This document shows positions 8,124-18,527 of a stretch of DNA of 64,000 bases, one piece after another. The translations under genes and the position numbers were made by a program. The DNA lies in assembly GCA_014802175.1 (NCBI GenBank), contig JAAVCU010000021.1, positions 63,359 through 127,358 of the forward strand, read 5' to 3'. How positions within the stretch are numbered: the first letter of the stretch is position 1; the number at the start of each line of letters is the position of its first letter. A model generated the notes under the pieces. It was not told the origin of the DNA, did not search any database, and saw only the letters and a list, made by a program, of their open reading frames with translations. Source of the DNA: Bacteroides sp. (GTDB lineage Bacteria; Bacteroidota; Bacteroidia; Bacteroidales; Muribaculaceae).

Positions 8124-10556
8124 ATGAGAAAATTCATAATACCGGCAATGGGGCTTTTTGTAGCCATGTCGGCAAACGCAGCTCAATCATTTACCGAGGG
8201 TCGCTATAAAGTGACTTACGACAGCGATGCGAAAACTTTCACCATAGAGTGCGATGGCACGGAACTTCTAAAGAATGCCTATTCCGAGGTGATCTATAAT
8301 GAACTCGGCTCAGACCAAGACCGTAAGATCTCGTCAAAGGAGATTGCGGCAACCTCCGGTTCGGAGAAGGTAAACGACTGCTTCGGCACGGGAACGTCGC
8401 ATTATTTTGTATATAATGATGGTAAAGCCACGATGCGTCAGTATTTCAACTTCTATGCAGATGATTATTTCATTTGCTACAACACGGTTGAATCGAACGA
8501 CGGCAGCACAGTTCTCCAGTCGCGCTATCTTGTGCCGCTGGCCATGGATGAGCAATACACCACTCCATTCAATACCAACTCGGCGGTGCGTATGCTCTGG
8601 GTGCCGTTCGACAATGATGGTCACGGACGCTATCACAACTACAGTTTCTCGAATATGCAGGAGGACAACAGTTGGTCGCACGAGGTGGGAGCGGCATTCG
8701 ATGCAGCGAGCCGTAAAGGTCTCGTTGCCGGATCCGTTGACCACGACAAATGGAAGAGCGGTGTGCAGATCTACGGGCGCTATAATATCCGTCTGTATAA
8801 ATTTATCCTTCAGTCCGGATTCACCAACGAGACCACACGCGATGTGCTCCCTCACGGCAAGGTGAAAGGGCAGATCGTCTCATCCGCCCGCTATATGGTC
8901 GGACTCTTCGACGATTGGCGCGAGGGTTTCAACACCTTCGGCGATTGCTGTGTGGCTTCGACTCCGCGCGCCGAGTGGGAGGCAGGGAATCCTGTCGGCT
9001 GGAGCACCTATGGTGTGCAGCAGGAGCGCGTGAATGAGATTGGCGTAAGGGAGAGTATGGATTTCCTTCGCGAGAACTTCACGGACGCCGGTTTTTATGA
9101 TTCGACGGGAACTATGACGGTATCGTTCGATGCTTGCGCCAATGACAATATACCCGACTTCAATATCCAGCAGCTTATCAAGAAGAAATTCAATAACGAA
9201 GATATGGTTCTCGGCATGTATGCCGGACCGATGTGTCTCTGGCCCTGGGCTCTTGATGGAAAGATCGACGGAACCGGCATAGGCGCTAACCCTACATACT
9301 ACGGAAGAAATATCGCTCTTAAGGTAAACGGTGAGAATTATCCGATGCCATGTAACGGCGCTCTGGCTGTTGACCCGACACATCCGGCCGTGAAGCTCAA
9401 TATTGAGAAGTTCATGAAGAAATGGGCAAGTTGGGGTGTGAAATATGTTAAGGCCGACTTCCTCAACTGTGGTATCATAGAGGGCGATAGCTGGTATGAT
9501 CCGGAGATTACCACAGGTGTGATGGCATACAATTATGGAATGAAGCTGATGTATGATATCGCCAAGGAGAACGGAATCTATATCGTGGAGGCGATGTCTC
9601 CTCTCTTCCCTTACAACTACGCACACGGCCGACGCACCTGCTGCGACCGATTCTCGAAAATTGATGAGACGGAGTATGTGATGAACGCCATCTCTTACGG
9701 ATGGTGGACCGACCGCCTTTATGTGGTGAATGACCCCGACCAGCTTGTGCTCGTGGGCAGAAATAACAACAAGAGCGAGACGATAGGCGAAAACCGTGCG
9801 CGCGCTACATCCGGTATGACCACCGGCGCTTATATCTGGGGCGACAATTTCTCAGAGAACTGCGTTCACACAAGCGAGAAGGAGGCAACCAAGCAGGGTG
9901 TCTCGGTTGGTGATCCTGTAGGTTGGATTCCCGAATCGAAAGAGCGTGCGTTGGAAATTCTCAGCAATAAGGATGTGAATGAGTATGTGAGAACACACAC
10001 CGGCTCTTTCATGCCTGTTGAAGGTGGCGATCCCACAAATTATGTTACGGGAAGTTATCAGCAGTCGGAACGCCTTTTTTATCGCAAGGATGACCGCTAT
10101 TGCTATGTCGCAGCCTTCAGTTTCTCGAAAACAAATTCCTACACAACAGAACTCAAATGGGAGCGTCTCGGAATCAATGCCGGCGACATTCACGGAATCA
10201 AGGAACTTTGGACCGGAGAGGAGATTGAATACACTCCGGAGGGTATGAATGTGACTGTTCCCAAATCGGATGCTCGAATCTATCGTATCGACCTCAAAGG
10301 GGAGAGCGGTGTGGCAGAGATTAGCGGAAATAGCGTGGCTTCAGCTTCCGTCATAGCTATGGGAGGAATAGTCAAAGTGACCTCAAACCGCACCATCGCC
10401 AAAGTTGATCTCTATGATGCGGCGGGAATGAAACTTGCAACAGAAACTCCGTTGGCGGAAATTGCCACACTCAACGCCGGCGCTTCAGCGGGAGTGGCAA
10501 TTCTCAATATTGTCTACACCGACGGAAATGTAGAAAAACAAAAAGTTATCCTCTAA
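8124..10556 (+). CDS. Alpha-galactosidase-like glycoside hydrolase (paralog of the upstream gene) with T9SS-like C-terminal domain
   Basis: ATG at 8124 gives a signal peptide; VPFDND, GSVDHDKWKS, VDPTHP, YVKADF, RRTCCD shared with the paralog; tail ESGVAEI...LYDAAG...QKVIL. Confidence 0.75.
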   Translation: MRKFIIPAMGLFVAMSANAAQSFTEGRYKVTYDSDAKTFTIECDGTELLKNAYSEVIYNELGSDQDRKISSKEIAATSGSEKVNDCFGTGTSHYFVYNDGKATMRQYFNFYADDYFICYNTVESNDGSTVLQSRYLVPLAMDEQYTTPFNTNSAVRMLWVPFDNDGHGRYHNYSFSNMQEDNSWSHEVGAAFDAASRKGLVAGSVDHDKWKSGVQIYGRYNIRLYKFILQSGFTNETTRDVLPHGKVKGQIVSSARYMVGLFDDWREGFNTFGDCCVASTPRAEWEAGNPVGWSTYGVQQERVNEIGVRESMDFLRENFTDAGFYDSTGTMTVSFDACANDNIPDFNIQQLIKKKFNNEDMVLGMYAGPMCLWPWALDGKIDGTGIGANPTYYGRNIALKVNGENYPMPCNGALAVDPTHPAVKLNIEKFMKKWASWGVKYVKADFLNCGIIEGDSWYDPEITTGVMAYNYGMKLMYDIAKENGIYIVEAMSPLFPYNYAHGRRTCCDRFSKIDETEYVMNAISYGWWTDRLYVVNDPDQLVLVGRNNNKSETIGENRARATSGMTTGAYIWGDNFSENCVHTSEKEATKQGVSVGDPVGWIPESKERALEILSNKDVNEYVRTHTGSFMPVEGGDPTNYVTGSYQQSERLFYRKDDRYCYVAAFSFSKTNSYTTELKWERLGINAGDIHGIKELWTGEEIEYTPEGMNVTVPKSDARIYRIDLKGESGVAEISGNSVASASVIAMGGIVKVTSNRTIAKVDLYDAAGMKLATETPLAEIATLNAGASAGVAILNIVYTDGNVEKQKVIL

Positions 10557-10557
10557 G

Positions 10558-10650
10558 TAATTAATAATTAATGATTAATGATTAATGATTAATAATTCAG
10601 CTGAAAGACCATTATTTAATTTAAGGGTGCGGAATGTATTAATTATTTAG
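10558..10650 (+). repeat. Heptamer tandem tract (T[A/G]ATTAA x6) plus a ~54-bp core shared with 46688-46736
   Basis: taattaa taattaa tgattaa tgattaa tgattaa taattca, overlapping TCAGCTGAAA...ATTAATTATTTAG. Confidence 0.65.
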
Positions 10651-10691
10651 GGTAACTTAGCCTTGAAAATTTACTTAGTTTAGAAGTTTTT

Positions 10692-10715
10692 TATAACTTT
10701 GGAAATATAACTTTG
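10692..10715 (+). promoter_or_regulatory. Two tandem TAACTTTG -7 promoter boxes upstream of the HTCS gene
   Basis: TATAACTTTG occurs twice, 14 bp apart; matches TAnnTTTG. Confidence 0.5.
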
Positions 10716-10729
10716 AAACTGATCCTGAA

Positions 10730-13700
10730 ATGAGGAAGATTCTCTCTATTATCGCGTTGTTGGCAATGTCGTTGAACGGCATTGCTACGCGCGTCTATTC
10801 CTTTACTGCCATAGCCGACAACCTTGGGTTGTCGTCAAATTGTGTCAAGACAATCCTGCGCGATTCTTACGATTTCATGTGGTTCGGCACCAAGAATGGT
10901 CTTGACCGCTACGACGGACGCACACTCCGTCATTATAATTGTTATGACCACAAGCTGAAACGTGGAAATAACAACATCGGAGCCCTTTATGAGGATGCCG
11001 ATAAGAACCTGTGGGTGGGAACCGACAGGGGTGTCTATAAATTCAGTCCGCGCACGGAGACTTTCACTTATATCGACACTCGCTCGAAAGATGGCATAAG
11101 TGCCGATGATTGGGTGCAGGAGATCTGCGGAGATAAGAATGGTAATATCTGGGTTCTGATCCCGAATCAGGGTCTCTTTTGCTTCAATAGTGGAAAGGTT
11201 GATTTCTTCCGAATCACAAGCGGAAAGGGTGATAAGGGTTGGACTCCGGCCTCGGTGACTGCTACCGAGGAAGGGGACGTTTATGTCGGAACCACCAAAG
11301 AGGGATTGTTCCGCTTTGACAATGCGAGTCACCATTTTAAACCTATTGTCAAACAGGATCAGACTTTCGATCACATACAGAGTCAGACAATCCAGATGAT
11401 GCGTGAATATGGTCATGGTAAACTCCTTCTCGCTACTGAGACCGGAGAACTCTATCGTTTCAATCCGCGCACACTCGATATCCGGCCGGTTGCGTTCGGG
11501 ATGGCGGGAAATATCTTCCTGCGCTGTATGCTTGCCTCGGAAGATGAGATCTGGGTCGGAACTCACAACGGAATCTATATCATTAACGAAGCTGACCGCA
11601 CGGAGCGCTATCTGTCGGTGACTTCGCCCGATGTTAACGGTCTGACAGATAATGTTATCTACACCATGTATATGGATGGAGATCATAATATCTGGCTCGG
11701 AACGATGTTCGGTGGTGTCAGTTTCTATCAGCGCGACGGTTTCGCTTTCGAGCGCTTCCTACGCGGCGGTTCACCCAATGTGTTGAGCAGTAACCGTATC
11801 CGGGGAATGGCTCAGGGGGTGGATTCAAAGATATATATAGGCACGGAAGACGGGGGTATGAATATATTTGATCCGGTGACGGGGTTTGTGACTCGTCCGG
11901 TGCTGAAAAGTTCCCCAAAATCCACATCGCTGATAGTAAGGTCATTCGGAAACAACATCTACTCGGGTCTCTCGCGCGAGGGTCTTGAGGTGATTGGTGC
12001 CGGCGGTGCGCATAGCGAGATCGTATGTTCAGATCTGCTTGGTCCCAATTCAAGTGCCTATTCGGTGCTGATAGATAAGAAGGGAAATACGTGGGTTGGT
12101 GCCGACTGGGGATTATTCCGCAGGGGTGTGGGTGAGTCCACATTCACAAAGGTAAAGGAACTCGGTTCGGTCTGGGTGTTTGACCTGTGTGAGGCATCCG
12201 ACGGTAAGATCTGGATTGCCGGAATGGGCGACGGTGTCTGGACTTATAATCCCAAGAGCGGGAAATATACCCATTATGAATATGACGAGAATCATAGCAA
12301 CGGACTCCGCTCGAACTCGGTGAGTGCAATCATGGAGGACCGCAAGCACAATATCTGGATCTCTACCGACCGCGGCGGTCTGAGCCGTTATAATCCGAAA
12401 GGTGACAATTTCGTCACAATCGACAAGGAGGATGGCCTGCCCGATAATGTGGTTTACGATATCCTTGAGGATTCACGCGGTTTCCTGTGGTTCGGAACCA
12501 ACAAGGGATTGGTGAAATATAATCCTCAGTCAGGTTCTATAAAGGTGTTCACAAAGGCTGATGGCCTGTCAGGAAACCAGTTCAATTATCATTCTGCGGT
12601 GGCAGGTAATGACGGAATGTTCTATTTCGGCACTATCAACGGGCTCGTATCTTTCAATCCGGACCTTGATGTGGCAGAGAGCATAGCTCCGGTATATTTC
12701 ACTTCGTTGAAATTTGGAAACACAGAGATGATGCCGGGACAGGAGGGTTCTCCAATCACAGAATCGCTTATGTTCTGCGACCGCATAGAGTTGCCTCACG
12801 ATGCGAGTCATATCTCGATAGCAGTGGCATCGCCGCATTACGGCAACAGCGGCAGCCTGCATTACTGCTATCGTCTTCAACCACTTTCCGATGACTGGAT
12901 CACGTTGCCGCCGGATCAGAATATCTCGTTCGCATCGCTCGGTCCGGGAAATTATACGCTTGACGTGAAGGTTAACGGTGAGGGTGGTGAGAATATCAAG
13001 TCGCTTACTATCTTTGTGCCTCATCCGTGGTATTCGAGCATCTGGGCTTGGATCTTCTATATCCTGCTTATAGGCAGCATCGCGTTCTCAATCTGGTTTG
13101 TGCGCAAGCGCAGACTCGAACGCGCCAACCGTGAGCGCGAATATATGTTCAAGATGCGCGCCGATAAGGAGATATATGAGAACAAAGTGAAGTTCTTCTC
13201 TGAGATAGCTCACGAAATCAAGACTCCGCTTACGCTGATCGAGACCCCGCTTGAGGCAATTGAGGAGATCGGAGTGAACGATACGCGTGTGGAGCGCTAT
13301 CTGGCAATGATGCGAAAGAACATCACACGCCTGTTGGAGCTTGTGGGGCAGTTGCTTGACTTCCATAAGATAGGCAATTCGCGCGATAAACTCAATTTTG
13401 AATATGTCAATGTCACATCGCTTGTGAATGATATCGTGGCGCGATTCCAGGATTCGATAACATTGCGAGGTAAGACCCTGACGGTTAAGATGCCGGAGAG
13501 TACGGTTCATGCCATGATCGACAAGGAGGCAGTCACCAAGATTATTAGCAACCTTCTTACGAATGCCATGAAATATGGCGACAAGAAGATCGAGGCGGAG
13601 TTGAGCACGGATGGAAAGAATCTTACTTTCAAGGTTCGTTCCGATGGTAACAAGATCACGGGTGCGGATGTCTACAGCATCTTCACACCTTTCTACCAGA

Positions 13701-14728
13701 TCAAGGTCGATTCGGATCTCGGTGGTGTGGGAATCGGGTTGCCTTTGGCAAGAGTGCTTGCAAGTATGCACAATGGTTCGCTTGATCTCGAAGCGGATGA
13801 GACTCCCGACAACACATTCGTGCTTGTGTTGCCGTTGCAGCAGGATGGCATTGAGACTCCGGAAGCTAATGCCGATCCGGTCCTGACCGGTTACGTCATG
13901 GAGGAGGAGCCCCACAGCTCAACTCCCGGTTCAGGCTATTCACTGCTGTTGGTGGAGGATAACTCCGAGATGCGTGCTTTCCTGAGCGAACAGCTGAGCA
14001 GATATTTTGTGGTGGAGACTGCGGAGAATGGTAAGAGCGCGTTAAAGCTCCTTGCCAATAACCGTTATGACATAATCGTCACTGACATCATGATGCCCGA
14101 GATGGATGGTTATGAGTTCTGCGAGGCGGTGAAGGCTGATGTTGAACTGAGCCATATCCCGATAGTGTTCCTGACTGCGAAGAATGATCTTGACAGTAAG
14201 GTGAGGGCATTGAAATGTGGAGGAGAGGCTTACATCGAGAAGCCGTTCTCGATAAAATATTTCCGCCAGCAGGTGCTTTCGTTGCTTGAGAACAGGAAGC
14301 ATGAACGCCGTTCGCTGCTGAAGAAACCTTTCTTCACGGTCGACAATATGCAGCTTTCCAAGGCTGACGAGGAGTTCATGAACAAGGTGGTTCAGACCAT
14401 CCAGGATCATATCGCTGACGATAATTTCAACGTGGAGACGATGTCGGATGTGCTTTGCATGAGCCGTTCAAGTCTGCTGCGCAAGATCAAGGTGCTCTTC
14501 AACCTCTCGCCAGTGGAGCTTATCCGCCTTGTGAAGCTGAAGAAATCGGCGGAACTTATAAAGGAGGGTAAATACCGAATCGGAGATATCTGCTATATGG
14601 TAGGTATCAATTCGCCGAGTTATTTCTCGAAACTGTTCCTCAAGCAGTTCGGCATGACGCCGAAAGCATTCGAGATGCAATGTCAGAAAAGCTCTCGCGA
14701 GAACCAGACCGAAGACACCCTTAAATAA
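10730..14728 (+). CDS. Hybrid two-component system (HTCS) sensor kinase/response regulator with AraC output
   Basis: Reg_prop repeats (WFGTKNGL), Y_Y_Y domain, TM helix, HEIKTPL H-box, GIGL G-box, TDIMMP receiver, AraC HTH (SPSYFSKLF). Confidence 0.95.
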   Translation: MRKILSIIALLAMSLNGIATRVYSFTAIADNLGLSSNCVKTILRDSYDFMWFGTKNGLDRYDGRTLRHYNCYDHKLKRGNNNIGALYEDADKNLWVGTDRGVYKFSPRTETFTYIDTRSKDGISADDWVQEICGDKNGNIWVLIPNQGLFCFNSGKVDFFRITSGKGDKGWTPASVTATEEGDVYVGTTKEGLFRFDNASHHFKPIVKQDQTFDHIQSQTIQMMREYGHGKLLLATETGELYRFNPRTLDIRPVAFGMAGNIFLRCMLASEDEIWVGTHNGIYIINEADRTERYLSVTSPDVNGLTDNVIYTMYMDGDHNIWLGTMFGGVSFYQRDGFAFERFLRGGSPNVLSSNRIRGMAQGVDSKIYIGTEDGGMNIFDPVTGFVTRPVLKSSPKSTSLIVRSFGNNIYSGLSREGLEVIGAGGAHSEIVCSDLLGPNSSAYSVLIDKKGNTWVGADWGLFRRGVGESTFTKVKELGSVWVFDLCEASDGKIWIAGMGDGVWTYNPKSGKYTHYEYDENHSNGLRSNSVSAIMEDRKHNIWISTDRGGLSRYNPKGDNFVTIDKEDGLPDNVVYDILEDSRGFLWFGTNKGLVKYNPQSGSIKVFTKADGLSGNQFNYHSAVAGNDGMFYFGTINGLVSFNPDLDVAESIAPVYFTSLKFGNTEMMPGQEGSPITESLMFCDRIELPHDASHISIAVASPHYGNSGSLHYCYRLQPLSDDWITLPPDQNISFASLGPGNYTLDVKVNGEGGENIKSLTIFVPHPWYSSIWAWIFYILLIGSIAFSIWFVRKRRLERANREREYMFKMRADKEIYENKVKFFSEIAHEIKTPLTLIETPLEAIEEIGVNDTRVERYLAMMRKNITRLLELVGQLLDFHKIGNSRDKLNFEYVNVTSLVNDIVARFQDSITLRGKTLTVKMPESTVHAMIDKEAVTKIISNLLTNAMKYGDKKIEAELSTDGKNLTFKVRSDGNKITGADVYSIFTPFYQIKVDSDLGGVGIGLPLARVLASMHNGSLDLEADETPDNTFVLVLPLQQDGIETPEANADPVLTGYVMEEEPHSSTPGSGYSLLLVEDNSEMRAFLSEQLSRYFVVETAENGKSALKLLANNRYDIIVTDIMMPEMDGYEFCEAVKADVELSHIPIVFLTAKNDLDSKVRALKCGGEAYIEKPFSIKYFRQQVLSLLENRKHERRSLLKKPFFTVDNMQLSKADEEFMNKVVQTIQDHIADDNFNVETMSDVLCMSRSSLLRKIKVLFNLSPVELIRLVKLKKSAELIKEGKYRIGDICYMVGINSPSYFSKLFLKQFGMTPKAFEMQCQKSSRENQTEDTLK

Positions 14729-14761
14729 AGAATAACCCGAATAAATAAAGAATAACCCGAA
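14722..14761 (+). repeat. Perfect 20-bp tandem duplication spanning the HTCS stop codon
   Basis: TAAATAAAGAATAACCCGAA x2. Confidence 0.9.
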
Positions 14762-14788
14762 ACAACAATAATTACAATTCAATTTAAA

Positions 14789-16720
14789 ATGTCATCCTCT
14801 TTAACCAGAATCAAGGCAGGAGTAATTTTCGCTCTGCTCCCGGCGTATGCCTCAGCGGAGTTGACTTTACCCAAGTTTTTTACAGATAATATGCTTGTTC
14901 AGCAGCAGTCGGAACTCACAATCCCCGTTAAGTCTGCGCCCGGCAAGAAAGTGACGGTTATCCCTTCGTGGGGAAGCGCCGTGACCGGGAAGACTGATAA
15001 ACAGGGTGAGGCGGCTATCAAGGTGCGTACTCCGGAGGCAGGTGGTCCCTATTCACTCACGGTGATTGCAGACAATGATACGGTTAACCTCATCAATATC
15101 CTGTCGGGGGAGTTGTGGCTTTGCTCCGGACAGTCAAATATGGAGTATCCAGTGAATGGCTGGACCTATATTATGGATCATGATAATGTTATAGGAAATG
15201 CTCATCGTCCCGATATACGACTATTGCAGATCAAGGATGTGACGGCATTTGTTCCGCAGGGTGATACGGAGGTTACTATGGATGGCTGGGTTGAGTGCAA
15301 TCCGGCTACGATGCAGGATTTCTCTGCCATAGCATATCTTTTTGCAACCAGGCTGCATGAGGAACTTGGTGTGCCGGTTGGCGTGATCGACTGCGCATGG
15401 GGTGGAACGCCGGCTGAGGCGTGGACCTCTGCAAAGGCTCTCGGTGCTGTTCCCGGTTTTGAAGATGAATTGAAGATGTTGGCATCTGCAAACGGAGATC
15501 GCGATGCTATGCAGCGTCTTTGGAAAGAACTGTATGATGTCAAGGTTAAGGATGCGTATAACGATGTGAAACCCTTCGACAAAGGGAAATATCAGAAAGA
15601 CTGGAGCCTCATGCCGGTGCCCGGCTGCTGGGAATCTACCGTGGAGCCTGATCTCGATGGCGTTGTATATGTGCAGAAGGTTATCAACCTCAGCAAGGAG
15701 CAGGCTTCGTCGCCCATCACGCTTCATCTCGGTGCTATCGACGATGAGGATATCACGTGGCTTAACGGCAAGGAGATTGCCCGAGGGTCAGGATACTCCA
15801 CACCGCGTAATTATAATGTAGATCCGTCGAATCTGAAGGAGGGCGGAAATGTCATTACCATTCAGATCACCGATGGCGGTGGCGGCGGCGGTTTCAACAG
15901 TAATCCCGGCGAGGTTTATGTTGAGACAGCAACCGGAAATATCAGTCTTTCCGGAGATTGGGGTTACCGAATCGATGCCGATTTCAGAAAGCTCGGACGC
16001 ATGCCCGCTTCTGTAAACAGTTCCAGCTTCCCGAGTGTGCTTTACAACGCTATGCTCTCACCGCTACATGTAATGCCGGTGAAGGGTGTGCTCTGGTATC
16101 AGGGTTGCGCCAATGTGGGTCGCGATCAGCAATATGAACCTCTTTTCAAGGCGCTCATCAATGACTGGCGTTCACTCTGGGGTTACGATATGCCATTCTA
16201 TTTCGTGCAGCTTGCCGGATGGCTCAAACCGCAGGCGCTGCAACCGGATTCGGAGTGGGCGGCATTGCGCAATGCGCAGAGCAAGGCTCTGGAACTTGAC
16301 AACACTGCGATGGTGACAGCCATCGACCTGGGTAATCCTGCTGATATTCATCCGCGAAACAAGCAGGAGGTGGCGCGTCGTCTTGCCGACACTGCGTTGA
16401 CTCGCGATTACGGGAAGAATTACGATTACAAGATGCCGGTTTGCGTTTCTGCTACTCCGTCAGGAAACAAGATCGTGCTTAAGTTCGACAGAGAGCTCGC
16501 GCCTAAGAGTGTGGCTGTGACTGGTTTCATCGTAGGTGACGGCAAAGGTAATTTCGCGGTGGCAACCGGTAAGCAGACTGCTCCCGATACAATCGAACTT
16601 TCTGCAAAAGAGATAGCAAAACCGGTGTTGGCGCGTTACGACTGGGCTGATTACCCCGGCGGTAATCTTTACGGCAAATCTAATTCGCTTCCCGTAGCAC
16701 CTTTCGCTACCGATAAATAA
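14789..16720 (+). CDS. Sialate O-acetylesterase (SASA) family esterase
   Basis: SGQSNM, WGGT, WYQG and DIHP motifs; internal sugar-binding domain (LGAIDDED). Confidence 0.88.
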   Translation: MSSSLTRIKAGVIFALLPAYASAELTLPKFFTDNMLVQQQSELTIPVKSAPGKKVTVIPSWGSAVTGKTDKQGEAAIKVRTPEAGGPYSLTVIADNDTVNLINILSGELWLCSGQSNMEYPVNGWTYIMDHDNVIGNAHRPDIRLLQIKDVTAFVPQGDTEVTMDGWVECNPATMQDFSAIAYLFATRLHEELGVPVGVIDCAWGGTPAEAWTSAKALGAVPGFEDELKMLASANGDRDAMQRLWKELYDVKVKDAYNDVKPFDKGKYQKDWSLMPVPGCWESTVEPDLDGVVYVQKVINLSKEQASSPITLHLGAIDDEDITWLNGKEIARGSGYSTPRNYNVDPSNLKEGGNVITIQITDGGGGGGFNSNPGEVYVETATGNISLSGDWGYRIDADFRKLGRMPASVNSSSFPSVLYNAMLSPLHVMPVKGVLWYQGCANVGRDQQYEPLFKALINDWRSLWGYDMPFYFVQLAGWLKPQALQPDSEWAALRNAQSKALELDNTAMVTAIDLGNPADIHPRNKQEVARRLADTALTRDYGKNYDYKMPVCVSATPSGNKIVLKFDRELAPKSVAVTGFIVGDGKGNFAVATGKQTAPDTIELSAKEIAKPVLARYDWADYPGGNLYGKSNSLPVAPFATDK

Positions 16721-16735
16721 AGCACATACACATAA

Positions 16736-18493
16736 ATGATACACTTCCTTAAATTGATTCTCCCGGCGGTAATGCTGCTGGGAGGGTCTTCTATATCACT
16801 TGCGGAGAATGTGATTGAGGTTCCGTTGTGTGCGGGCGATGCCACAAAAACGTTGCAAGCTGCTATAGATAAGGCTGCTTCGTATAAGGGTAAGCCTGTC
16901 ACGATCAAGCTGATGCCCGGCAATTACGACATAAGCCGCGCAGAGTCATCGGCTCATTTCTATCATGTTTCAAACACCACATCAGAAGATGAGAACCCGG
17001 ATAGAACAATGCATATCGGTTTGTGGATGCGCGGTGTTGACAACCTGACTATTGATGGAGGGGGCGCCTGCTTTGTTACGCACGGCGAGATGACCTCTTT
17101 CGTGATTGATGGCTGCAGGAATGTGACGCTTAAGAATTTCACATTGACGGCGGCGGATCCGTCGGTGCCGGAATTTAAGGTGCTGTGGGTAGGTAAAGGT
17201 TCGTTTACTGCAGAGATAACCGAGCCTTCGCAATTCGAAATCGATGACGAAGGGAAGTTCTATTTCATCGGTGAAGGTTGGAAGTTGGAGGAGAATGGAG
17301 CGAACGGAGCGCAACCAATAAGGAGTGTGCAGGTGTTTTATCCCGACAGGAATGTGACGGGGCGCTGCGATTCACCTTTGCGGGGCTACCGCTCGGCGCG
17401 TCAGATAGGCGACCGTGTGGTTCAGTTCTTTTACGATGACGCACGGTTTGTGAATCCAGGTGAGGTCTATCAGTTACGCCACACGATAAGAAACGAAGTC
17501 GCGGCCTTGATTTGCAACAGCAAGGATGTGCGTCTTGAGAATCTGGAACTGAATTTTATCGGTAATTTTGGATTGGTAGGTCAGTTCACGGAAAATATAA
17601 CATACGATAATATCCGTTGCCGTCCGCGCATCGGTTCGGCACGCACTGATGCCGGTTTTGCAGATTTCGTACAGATGTCGGGATGCCGAGGGAAACTGAA
17701 GATTGTCAATTCCTATTTTGAAGGAGCACACGATGATCCGATCAATATTCACGGCACACACCTTAAAACTGTAGGTTCTGAGGCTGCCAATAAACTGACG
17801 GTTAGATATATGCACGGCCAGAGCTTCGGTTTTACACCGTTTTTCAAGGGTGATGAAGTTGAGTTGGTTGATAGGCATACTCTCAATGCTGTCTCATCTG
17901 CTAAGGTAAAAGATGTTCGCCGGATAGATGATTATAATTACGAACTGACTCTCGACCGCACTTTGCCGGAACTCCCGGCAGGGTATTCTTTGGATGATCT
18001 GGCGGTGGAGAATGTTACGTGGACTCCGGAGGTGGAGATCAGAAACAATTATTTCTCCCGCACACCGACGCGCGGAATATTGATTACGACGCGCGGCAAG
18101 TCGGTGATAGCCGACAATACATTCTTCCGGATTCCGATGCCGGCGATCTTGGTTTCCGATGATGCCCGCGGTTGGTGGGAGTCCGGTCCTGTACATGATC
18201 TGACCATCAGGAATAACCTTTTCATAGAGTGCAGTTCTCCGGCAATCTGTGTCTCGCCGGAGATTGACAGGATTGACAAGCCTGTGCATAAGAACATAGT
18301 GATCGAGGGAAATCGATTCATTACCGATCGCGGAAATGTCATAAATGTTAAGGCTTCGGAGAATGTGACGGTAAAGAATAATGTGTTTGACGTTCCGGCT
18401 GCCTCAAGCTTGACAATGGAGGATATGATAGGGGAGGAAAACACATCGAACCTTAAAGTGGTGGGGAATCATTTTGTCTCCACTCCCAAATAA
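16736..18493 (+). CDS. Alpha-1,3-galactosidase, GH110 (parallel beta-helix)
   Basis: SNTTS, FADFVQ, HDDPINIHGT, TWTP, RGILITT, WWESGPV motifs. Confidence 0.88.
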   Translation: MIHFLKLILPAVMLLGGSSISLAENVIEVPLCAGDATKTLQAAIDKAASYKGKPVTIKLMPGNYDISRAESSAHFYHVSNTTSEDENPDRTMHIGLWMRGVDNLTIDGGGACFVTHGEMTSFVIDGCRNVTLKNFTLTAADPSVPEFKVLWVGKGSFTAEITEPSQFEIDDEGKFYFIGEGWKLEENGANGAQPIRSVQVFYPDRNVTGRCDSPLRGYRSARQIGDRVVQFFYDDARFVNPGEVYQLRHTIRNEVAALICNSKDVRLENLELNFIGNFGLVGQFTENITYDNIRCRPRIGSARTDAGFADFVQMSGCRGKLKIVNSYFEGAHDDPINIHGTHLKTVGSEAANKLTVRYMHGQSFGFTPFFKGDEVELVDRHTLNAVSSAKVKDVRRIDDYNYELTLDRTLPELPAGYSLDDLAVENVTWTPEVEIRNNYFSRTPTRGILITTRGKSVIADNTFFRIPMPAILVSDDARGWWESGPVHDLTIRNNLFIECSSPAICVSPEIDRIDKPVHKNIVIEGNRFITDRGNVINVKASENVTVKNNVFDVPAASSLTMEDMIGEENTSNLKVVGNHFVSTPK

Positions 18494-18527
18494 GATGATT
18501 ATTAATTCTGAAAATCTGATATAAGTT

